Source: Thermoproteota archaeon (lineage in GTDB: Archaea > Korarchaeota > JAOZGF01 > JAOZFZ01). Taken from it: DNA of 64,000 nt. The notes under the pieces are model-generated. The model saw only the letters and a program-made list of their open reading frames with translations, searched no databases and had not been told where the DNA came from. Position 1 is the stretch's first letter; the number at the start of each line of letters is the position of its first letter. Location of the stretch: assembly GCA_027492035.1 (NCBI GenBank), contig JAOZFT010000001.1:43458-107457 (forward strand), given 5' to 3'. Below, piece after piece: positions 49,489 to 57,620 of the stretch. The position numbers and the translations under genes were made by a program.

Positions 49489-50541
49489 GTGGAAGCCTTT
49501 CTTGAAACAGTAAATTTAAAGAAGTATTACCCAGTTAAGGGAGGAGTGTTTAAAAGAAAGAAAGCAGACGTTAAAGCAGTAGACGGAATAAGTATAAACA
49601 TTAAGAAGGGGGAATGCTTCGGTTTAGTTGGGGAATCAGGATGTGGAAAAACAACTTTCGGCAAAACAATAATAAGGTTACTAAAACCAACTTTCGGTCA
49701 CATATATTTCAAAATTCCAGAAAAAGTAAGGAGCGATATAAAGGAATTAGAGAAGAATTCAAACAATTCACCGGAACTTAATAGGCTTTATGAAGAATAT
49801 GATTTAGGCACTTTCAAAGGGGGGAGATTGAAACAATTAAGAAGAAAAATGCAGATAGTTTACCAGAATCCTTCCACTTCACTTAATCCACGAATGCTTG
49901 TTAAAGACATCGTTGCTGAACCCTTAATTGTTCAAGGAATAGCTAAAGGCAGAGAAGCGAATGAAAAAGTTCTAGGTATCCTTAGTAAGGTTGGATTGAC
50001 TGAAAAACATCTTTACAGGTATCCTCATGAATTCAGTGGGGGGCAAAGGCAAAGAATAGCTATTGCACGCGCACTTATTACAAACCCAGAATTCGTGGTG
50101 CTAGACGAACCAACTTCCTCGGTTGACGTATCTGTCAGAGCCCAGCTTCTAAATTTATTCCAAACATTAAGGAAAGAGTTTAACCTAACCTATTTATTTG
50201 TAAGCCATGACTTAAGCGTGGTTGAATGCATTAGTGACAGGGTTGCAGTTATGTATTTAGGAAAAATAGTGGAATTAGCTAAAACTGAAGAACTGTTCAA
50301 AAACCCTTTACACCCTTATTCACAAGCCCTTTTCTCTGCTATACCAATACCAGACCCTACAGTAAAAAAAGAAAGAATAATTTTGAAAGGGGATGTACCT
50401 AGTCCCGTCAACCCCCCTTCAGGATGCCGTTTCCATCCAAGATGTAAATATGCCACTGAAGTATGTGGAAAAAGGGAACCTCAACTGGAAGAAATAAAGG
50501 ATGGACATTATATAGCATGCCACAACTGGGAAAGAATCTAG
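49489..50541 (+). CDS. dppF: peptide ABC ATPase
   Basis: GESGCGKT, FSGGQRQ and GCRFHPRC motifs. Confidence 0.93.
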   Translation: MEAFLETVNLKKYYPVKGGVFKRKKADVKAVDGISINIKKGECFGLVGESGCGKTTFGKTIIRLLKPTFGHIYFKIPEKVRSDIKELEKNSNNSPELNRLYEEYDLGTFKGGRLKQLRRKMQIVYQNPSTSLNPRMLVKDIVAEPLIVQGIAKGREANEKVLGILSKVGLTEKHLYRYPHEFSGGQRQRIAIARALITNPEFVVLDEPTSSVDVSVRAQLLNLFQTLRKEFNLTYLFVSHDLSVVECISDRVAVMYLGKIVELAKTEELFKNPLHPYSQALFSAIPIPDPTVKKERIILKGDVPSPVNPPSGCRFHPRCKYATEVCGKREPQLEEIKDGHYIACHNWERI

Positions 50542-50604
50542 AAGAATAAAATTCTCTACTTCTCATTGTTAAGAAAAAGTTTAGTTGATATTCTCCACCT
50601 CTTT

Positions 50605-52401
50605 TTAAAAAAGCTCTTTTGGGATCTGAAGAGGCAGAAGATTTATTTGTAAAATAAAACCTAGGATTAAGAAGAACACGTAAATGAAGACGACATTAAT
50701 TAATACGGGAATAACGAGGGAGAGGGACACCTGAGAACTTTTTAAGTTACGAATTTTTTTCTCTGCCAGAAAAACAACCCTGAATTTCAACACAAGAAGA
50801 ATTACTGCTAAAGTTAAGATACTTACTTGGATTACGAATGTAATTAAGGGAGTCAAAGCCACTAAGAATTGAATTGCAACCAAAGGAATAATGAAAAGTA
50901 TAACGAAGAGGAGGTTAGCAAAGTCTGAAGCAAGGTAGATTTTAGTTGTTTCAGTAGCAGGCACCATGTTTTTAGAAAAGAACTTGGATAAATAACCCAC
51001 AAGGGAACCTAATGCAATTGATTGCATAACAAAAAGAACTAAACCAATTACTCCCACCACAAAAATAATAATGGTGGATGTAGCTTGTAAACTGGATAAA
51101 TTTACAGGTAAAATTACACCGAATCCTTTAAGGAATGAATGGAAAGATTTAACAGCTGGTTTCAGCCTTGAGAAATCAAACCCTGGAATCCAAGGAGAAA
51201 GGGTTGCAGGCAATATTAATAGGAGGAAAAGAAAGAAACTTGTTTTAAAAACTAATTCGCCTAAAGTACTGCCTGTAAAAAGGCTTCCAGCAAAATTCCA
51301 AATTTTATCTTTCCCTGAAAAGAAAAGGGGAAAAATGTGGAAAGTATTTGGAGATTTTCCGGATATATAGGGCTTAGTTTCGGTTTTCACGGTTTTCTCC
51401 GAAACAGCAAACCTAATTTTTTGAATTTCAGCTTCCACAGGCTTTAAGTTCTTCTTAACTATTTTCTCTGTTTTTTTCGGGAAATCACGTTCAAATTTTT
51501 CAAGAGATGAAACCCTGTTACTTAATTCAGTGGATATCTCTCCCAATTTAAGTAATTTTGTGTTTAAATCCGTTAAATATTTTTCTGACCTTGATACTGC
51601 CTCTCTTAAGCTGACAAGTTTGTTAATTTTATCCTCAAAAGTACTTAACTGCCTAGAAACTTCTTTCGAAACAAGTTTAGAGATATCGGGTAACTCCTTC
51701 AGTTTTTTCGGCACCGGACCCTTGGCAATTTTACTAAAGGATTCATTCAACAAGGAAATTTGTTCAGTGAGTCCACTTCTTAACTCTGAAATTTTGTTGC
51801 TTAAGTCTGTTTTAAGGGTGGAGAGTTCCTCCTCAAGATTCTTTATTTTGGAATCAACCTCACCAGCAAAGGTTTCTAATTGAGCAGAAGGAACCCCTCC
51901 CCCACCCAACCTCTCACTCAAAGAACCAAAATCCTTCTCTAGACTTAAAACTTTTTCATTTAGGGATTTCACTCTGTTAATTACTTGGTTACCGAATTTT
52001 TCCAATTGTTCATTCACTTTGTTAACAATTAAAGTAATCAACTCATCTCGGGAAGTCTCTCCTCCAGAAGCTTCTTCAACTTTACTTTTCAAAGAATTAA
52101 GTTCAAGAAGAGTTTTTTCAGTTCTCTTATTAACTTCTTGAATCATCTTCCTTAATTGTTTAATTTCAGTCGAAACAGGGCCTATAGGAGCCGGTGCAGC
52201 CTTTAATTTCTGGAACTCAGAACTTATTTTTTCAATTTGAGCTTGTAAGTTATTAATTTTGGCTGATAACTCTCCAATATCATATTTCTTTTTAACAAAA
52301 CCTAAATAGATTTTAATTAGTTCTAGTTCGGATGAAAATATTTCTTTGAGCACCTTTACCGTTTCACTTAAATTTTTTTCATTTTCCAAAATTAAAAACA
52401 C
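50605..52401 (-). CDS. long coiled-coil protein with C-terminal multi-pass (Yip1-like) membrane domain
   Basis: About 330 aa of heptad-rich segments broken by G/P linkers, then about 5 TM helices; no signal peptide. Confidence 0.7.
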   Translation of the reverse strand: MFLILENEKNLSETVKVLKEIFSSELELIKIYLGFVKKKYDIGELSAKINNLQAQIEKISSEFQKLKAAPAPIGPVSTEIKQLRKMIQEVNKRTEKTLLELNSLKSKVEEASGGETSRDELITLIVNKVNEQLEKFGNQVINRVKSLNEKVLSLEKDFGSLSERLGGGGVPSAQLETFAGEVDSKIKNLEEELSTLKTDLSNKISELRSGLTEQISLLNESFSKIAKGPVPKKLKELPDISKLVSKEVSRQLSTFEDKINKLVSLREAVSRSEKYLTDLNTKLLKLGEISTELSNRVSSLEKFERDFPKKTEKIVKKNLKPVEAEIQKIRFAVSEKTVKTETKPYISGKSPNTFHIFPLFFSGKDKIWNFAGSLFTGSTLGELVFKTSFFLFLLLILPATLSPWIPGFDFSRLKPAVKSFHSFLKGFGVILPVNLSSLQATSTIIIFVVGVIGLVLFVMQSIALGSLVGYLSKFFSKNMVPATETTKIYLASDFANLLFVILFIIPLVAIQFLVALTPLITFVIQVSILTLAVILLVLKFRVVFLAEKKIRNLKSSQVSLSLVIPVLINVVFIYVFFLILGFILQINLLPLQIPKELF

Positions 52402-52421
52402 CTACACACGAAAACTTTATT

Positions 52422-52802
52422 TTAGATAAGTTGTAAAATAAGTTTTCGAACATTTTTAACTTTAATAATTAATTCTTTCTCATCTAGGAAATGGGGAAGA
52501 GAGAGGGTTTTGGCAAGCTTTAAAAATGAAACCTTTAAGTTACCAATTAAAATAAAGAGCTCAGTTAATAACTTTTTTTCGTCGAACTTACGTATAGTAT
52601 CTTCACTAAATATCGTGGCTTCTACAGAACTTTGATTTTCGACTTTTTCCCGTAAAAAAGCTTCAATTCTATTTAGTTTTTCTTTTATAGAAGTTAGTTC
52701 TTTCTCGTTAATTCCTTCCTTTTGAAGTAAGTCAAGCTCTTTTTTCAAGTTTAAAGTGAGGGAAATAAGATCCCTGATAAATACTTCACTCACCGAAATC
52801 AC
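52422..52802 (-). CDS. small helical hypothetical protein
   Basis: 126-aa ORF ending 20 nt upstream of the coiled-coil gene, same strand. Confidence 0.65.
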   Translation of the reverse strand: MISVSEVFIRDLISLTLNLKKELDLLQKEGINEKELTSIKEKLNRIEAFLREKVENQSSVEATIFSEDTIRKFDEKKLLTELFILIGNLKVSFLKLAKTLSLPHFLDEKELIIKVKNVRKLILQLI

Positions 52803-53054
52803 TTCATAAGAAAAATTTCTGGAAAGGGTGAGAGAGGGACAACATGACCCTTTTTACTTTTTAATATTTAGGGTTGAAAGACCCCCCTTTTTAAAATTTT
52901 GCGGAAAATTTACTTTAATTGTTCACTTCATTTTTCCTTATTTGTTTTATCTACACTTTTCCCAACCTATTAAGGGGTGTAAGATATCCTCCCGTGCTTC
53001 TTCAACCCCTCTTTTCATTTAAAATGAACCGAAAAGGTTTAGTGAATCTGGTTT

Positions 53055-54110
53055 TTAAAATATCCAGTAACTCCTTTTTGTTTCCTTATATTTACCTACT
53101 ACATTAATTTTTTCTCCGCAATTAGAACAGTTGTTTTTTTCGTCAAGGCCCCAGTCTGTTATTGTGAAACCTAACCTTCCAATTACTTTTTCTCCGCAAT
53201 TTGGGCAGAATGTGTTCTCTAATTTATGGCCCCACACGTTTCCAACGTAAACGTATTTTAATCCTTTCTTGAAGGCTAAATTAGCAGCTTTCTCCAGTGT
53301 TTTTACCGGGGTTGAAGGTTTATCTGTCATTAAATAGTCTGGATGAAATCTTAAGAAATGGACAGGTGTGTCTTCACCCAAGTTGTCAAGCACCCAGTTC
53401 AGCATTTTCTCTATGTACTGGAAATTATCTCCTACTTCAGGAACTATTAAGTCAGTTATTTCTACATGTATTTTTTCTTCCACCATTTTTTTAATTGTTT
53501 CATAAATTGGAGATGGGTTATCTACGCCCATGTATCTTTTGTAAAAGTTTGGGTCACCTGAACCTTTAAGGTCTACAGTTGCAGCGTCCAAGTAAGGAGC
53601 CAGTTTTTCAACAGCTTCAGGGGTCATATACCCGTTCGTGACTATTGTGTTAAACAACCCCTCCTTCTTGCTCAAAACAGAAGTGTCAAGCATGAATTCA
53701 TAAAAAACAGTTGGTTCATTGTAGGTGTAACTTATTCCGTCAGCTTTACCTTTCAAAGCGGTAGAAACAACTTCTTTAGGGGTATATTTTTCACCAATTA
53801 TTTCTTTTTCTTGGCTTATGTTCCAGTTTAGACAGAACCGGCACTTGAAGTTACAACCCACTGTTGAAATAGACAACACGTTTGAGCCAGGATAGAAATG
53901 GAAGAGGGGTTTCTTCTCTATTGGATCCGTGTTCAGTGCAGTGAGTAACCCATAAACTAGAGAGTAGAGAACTCCATTTATGTTTTTTCTAACCCTACAA
54001 ACACCAGTTTTTCCTTCAGGTATTTTGCAGAAACGATTACAAAGTTTACAAACCACCTCTTTGTTTGATGAGGGTTCCCAGAAAAGAGCTTCCTTCAAAT
54101 CTTTCTTCAC
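53055..54110 (-). CDS. AmmeMemoRadiSam system radical SAM enzyme
   Basis: CKLCNRFC, DPIEKKPLFHFYPG, CNFKCRFCLNW, YTYNEP, RFHPDY and TFCPNCG motifs. Confidence 0.92.
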   Translation of the reverse strand: MKKDLKEALFWEPSSNKEVVCKLCNRFCKIPEGKTGVCRVRKNINGVLYSLVYGLLTALNTDPIEKKPLFHFYPGSNVLSISTVGCNFKCRFCLNWNISQEKEIIGEKYTPKEVVSTALKGKADGISYTYNEPTVFYEFMLDTSVLSKKEGLFNTIVTNGYMTPEAVEKLAPYLDAATVDLKGSGDPNFYKRYMGVDNPSPIYETIKKMVEEKIHVEITDLIVPEVGDNFQYIEKMLNWVLDNLGEDTPVHFLRFHPDYLMTDKPSTPVKTLEKAANLAFKKGLKYVYVGNVWGHKLENTFCPNCGEKVIGRLGFTITDWGLDEKNNCSNCGEKINVVGKYKETKRSYWIF

Positions 54111-54261
54111 CCTTTAGAAGAAGGTTTATTTTTCAGAAAATAGAAAAGGAAAACTTTTAATCCAGTCCAGCTTTCCTCTACTTCAAAAGGTTTTTAAAGA
54201 ATTAAAAATGTTTTGTGAAAACTAGAACTTGAATAAGAAAATAAAGAGGAAAAGTGAGCAA

Positions 54262-55425
54262 ATGAGGAATGCAAAGCTTTACTTAATGGCTTTACTTGTT
54301 TTAACATTGCCTTACTTCTTTCTTCAAGCAAAAGCGCAAGGTAATGTAAAGTTTTACATTTACGGCTCCAGAGAATGTTCAGCTTGCAGAAGCACAGAAG
54401 ATTTCTTAACAGCTTTATTTGGTGACAATTCAGTAACTTTTTATGAACTCAAGGGGTCTACAGAAAACGCTGACAAATTCCTGAAAATTTATGACTGTAT
54501 AGGACCAAACAGAGCAAAATATATTCCGGTGGTAGGGGTTTTTGTTAACAATAGCTTAAAATCAATAGTAGTGGGTTTCAGGAAGAAGGAGTTCTGGAAG
54601 TCAGTGGTTGAAAAACCCGTTAAAAATGGAGAAGCGGAAGTGTATTGGCTTGGTTCTAGCCAGCCATCTTCCATAAAGAATGCCACAATTATTTTGCAAT
54701 TGTACACCCTTTTTACAAAGAGGGGATTGGCTAAATTGAAAGGCAACGTATCGATAGGAAATGTTAGCATAGTTGAATTGGTGTCAGTTATCGTTCTTTC
54801 AGCTTTAGCTGACTCTATAAATCCATGTGTACTTTATATTTTCACTGTGCTTTTAATAATAGCTTCTATTCTTAAAAATAAAAAAAGAGCTTTATCTATA
54901 GGTTTATTTTTTATTTTAGCAGTCTTTATGGTTTATTACCTTCTCGGTTTAGGGTTGGTTAACGTTTTAAGTTCCAGCCCATACATAAAGTATGTAGTAG
55001 GAGGTTTAGCTTTCCTTTTAGGCAGTTACTTAATTTACGGAGGATTGAGGGAGGAGACAGTAAGTTTGGAGCCTGAATTCCTCCGAACGAGTCTGGTTAA
55101 GAAAATAAGGAAGGTTACTTCTGAACCTGCAGCTTTTATTGCTGGGTTAATTTCCGGTTTAACCCTTCTTCCCTGTTCGAGCGGGCCTTACATTGTAGCT
55201 TTAACCTTGCTTGCCCAAGAAAGCACAACAATGAAACTTTTATTCCTTGCACTGTATAATTTCATTTTCGTTTTACCAATGATAATTATTTTAATTACTC
55301 TGTACTTCTTCTCTCTCACCAAATGGAGGGAATTCTTTTTCAACAAGAAAAGAATAAATATATTAAGTTTAGTAGAAGGAATTGTACTGGTAACTTTAGG
55401 TGTCTTCATTCTTTTGAAAATTTAA
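54262..55425 (+). CDS. thioredoxin-like domain fused to DsbD/CcdA-type transmembrane electron carrier
   Basis: Signal peptide, CSAC redox motif, TM Cys motifs DSINPC and LLPCSSGPY. Confidence 0.85.
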   Translation: MRNAKLYLMALLVLTLPYFFLQAKAQGNVKFYIYGSRECSACRSTEDFLTALFGDNSVTFYELKGSTENADKFLKIYDCIGPNRAKYIPVVGVFVNNSLKSIVVGFRKKEFWKSVVEKPVKNGEAEVYWLGSSQPSSIKNATIILQLYTLFTKRGLAKLKGNVSIGNVSIVELVSVIVLSALADSINPCVLYIFTVLLIIASILKNKKRALSIGLFFILAVFMVYYLLGLGLVNVLSSSPYIKYVVGGLAFLLGSYLIYGGLREETVSLEPEFLRTSLVKKIRKVTSEPAAFIAGLISGLTLLPCSSGPYIVALTLLAQESTTMKLLFLALYNFIFVLPMIIILITLYFFSLTKWREFFFNKKRINILSLVEGIVLVTLGVFILLKI

Positions 55426-55523
55426 ACGGAAAAATGGAAACTGTAGAATGGAGGCAAGTATCTCCCTTAGTTATTCCTTTTCCTAGACTGGAACCTGCTT
55501 TGTCCCCAAAAAATTTTAAAAAA

Positions 55524-56156
55524 TTAAAGAACGCCTTTGATGTAAAGCCTTGTATTTTTAACTTTGTAAGTGGCGAAGTGAAGGAGAAGGAAACTTGTTA
55601 GAAAAGTAATAATCGCACCTCCAACGAATTTTCTCAGAAAAAGAGGCAAGAGGAAATCCTTTGAAGCTTTAACAAGAATTATTGAGCAAACTGATTTAAG
55701 AGATGCATCAACCAAGTTAACAAATAAGACAGGGAAAACAAGGTATATAATTAAGCTTCTTTTGTCTTTCAGAGATTCATCCAATTCAAGAAACCTGAAA
55801 AGGGTTAGAGGAATAATTGAAAAGAGGAAATCAGGCAAAAAATAAATGAAAGAAATTGTTAAAGGCAATTGTTGCGTGAAACCGCCTAAAACAGCGCCTA
55901 AGTAACTTCCTAAGCAACCCCAGAAACCAAACCATAAACCAAAAGTGACCTCAAAACCTGAAGTGTAAGAGACATCAACATAATAGCCTAGAAAGGGGTT
56001 GTTGGAGGAACTAAATAAATTTAAAACAAAAATTGAAACACCTGAGACAATTAAAATTAAAGGAATAATTTCTAAATGAGTTTCGCTGCTTTCAACTTCT
56101 CTCCTCCTCACTTCCTCATTTACTCCTTCTTGGTTCCTAATCACCAATATTTTCAC
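55524..56156 (-). CDS. integral membrane protein (MASE1 or ECF S-component-like)
   Basis: 5-6 TM; FGLWFGFWGCLGSYLGAVLGG; start uncertain. Confidence 0.6.
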   Translation of the reverse strand: MKILVIRNQEGVNEEVRRREVESSETHLEIIPLILIVSGVSIFVLNLFSSSNNPFLGYYVDVSYTSGFEVTFGLWFGFWGCLGSYLGAVLGGFTQQLPLTISFIYFLPDFLFSIIPLTLFRFLELDESLKDKRSLIIYLVFPVLFVNLVDASLKSVCSIILVKASKDFLLPLFLRKFVGGAIITFLTSFLLLHFATYKVKNTRLYIKGVL

Positions 56157-56379
56157 CTCTTTCCTCAGAACCTTCCTCTAAAAATCTTTAAAAGGAAAAG
56201 AAATAACTGAAACCCTTTCTTAAAAGAGGAAAAAGAACATATTTCTTTTAAAACCATTTATTTTAAAAGTTTTTCATTTAAAAAATGAAAAACTTATTTA
56301 TTTCTTGTCCCGTAAAACCGCCTTTCTTACTTACAAAGGAAAGTGCCAGAAAACATCCTATTCTTTAGCGGAAATAAAT

Positions 56380-56830
56380 GATGCTAACAAATAACCGTAT
56401 CAAGTTGTGGAATGAAGTAAACTGTGAGCAAAGATAAATGGTATACGTGTCATAGGAAGTTTAAAGAGTACCCGAAATACCTATGCACGAAGCATGTTTT
56501 GTTAATAAGCTCAGCAGTGTTTTAACAGGCAATAAAAAGGGACAATGAAGCTTGAAGAAACTTTCTAAAACTTAAGAAACTTGAGAAAAAGGGGGTAAGA
56601 ATATACTGAATCCACATCAAACCTTAAGCTTCTGCTTGATATGTGGGAGTAAGTTAAGCTCGAAATGGGTAGAGGGTTTGAAGTGCAAATAGGGTTTAAT
56701 TGCTGATAGAGGTGTAACCAGTAACTTAAACATAAAATCGAGAGAACTGAAGCTCCCTGGTGAATTTTAAGGAAGAAAGACTCTCATTATGAATGTACCA
56801 AAAAGCTATAAAAAGCGGTGGGGAGTTAGA
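56380..56830 (+). mobile_element. tnpB: degraded, internally deleted IS200/IS605-family tnpB remnant
   Basis: Fragments KLWNEVNCEQR (56402), AQQ (56509), DNEA*RNFLKLKKLEKKG (56541), then NPHQTLSFCLICGSKL...LKCK*GLIADRGVTSNLNI (56609-56733); stops and frameshifts. Confidence 0.75.
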
Positions 56831-56858
56831 ACAGATCCTACTTAGGTTAGAGGAAGTA

Positions 56859-57587
56859 TCAAATAAAATCAAGTAAAGTACCTTTAAGTTTTAGCTTGAA
56901 TAGATCCACAACCACTATTTCTTTTCTTGCAGGAAGAGCCACATTTAAAACCTTCGTGGAATTAATTTCTGCTTCAGGTAAAATAGATTTGTGTGCATGT
57001 CCATGAAACCAGAAATCAGGTTCATATTTTGTTATTAACTTCTCTAATTTACGGCAACCTATTTCAGGAAAGAATTTTTCTTTTTCTCCTTTTAAAGTCA
57101 CATAAGTTGGAGCGTAGTGGGTTAAAACAACTGTTATTCCGTTTCCTTTCTTTGCTTTAATTAAAAGCTTTTCAATTTTATTCGCTTTCTCCCGGTAAAT
57201 ATTCCAAATATTGTTTACATGTGTTCTTTGCCAATAAGTGGGTCTGTCAAGACAGCCACGTGAACCAATTATATTAATTATTGTTTCGTTTGCTTTAACT
57301 CTTTTCAGTTCATCATTCAACCAAGTTATTTCTTTAAATTCTAAGTATTCATTCATTGACTGGCTGTATTCTTCGTTCCCGAAACAAGCAAGTACCTTCC
57401 CCGTGTAAAAACCTGTAATTGCTTCTAAAACTTTGTTTAAGTCATGCACACGGTTTTTCAGCACTATGTCTCCAACCAAAAGGAAAAGGCTGCATTCCTG
57501 AATTTCTTTTTCAGCTTTTTTTAAGGAATCAGTCAACAACCCCAAATACTTTGGGCCATGGATATCAGCTGTAACAGCTACCTTCAT
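56859..57587 (-). CDS. calcineurin-like metallophosphoesterase
   Basis: ADIH, GD, FGNEE, THYAP and HGHAH motifs. Confidence 0.9.
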   Translation of the reverse strand: MKVAVTADIHGPKYLGLLTDSLKKAEKEIQECSLFLLVGDIVLKNRVHDLNKVLEAITGFYTGKVLACFGNEEYSQSMNEYLEFKEITWLNDELKRVKANETIINIIGSRGCLDRPTYWQRTHVNNIWNIYREKANKIEKLLIKAKKGNGITVVLTHYAPTYVTLKGEKEKFFPEIGCRKLEKLITKYEPDFWFHGHAHKSILPEAEINSTKVLNVALPARKEIVVVDLFKLKLKGTLLDFI

Positions 57588-57620
57588 TAACTCACCAAAA
57601 AAGTTTTCCAGGGAGAAACA

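Noticed and set aside
50605-52401. SMC/Rad50 or methyl-accepting chemotaxis protein
   Set aside because: No Walker motifs, zinc hook or MCP signalling-tip signature
52871-52884. Archaeal SECIS element
   Set aside because: Only a 5-bp GAAA hairpin, and no adjacent gene has a credible in-frame TGA
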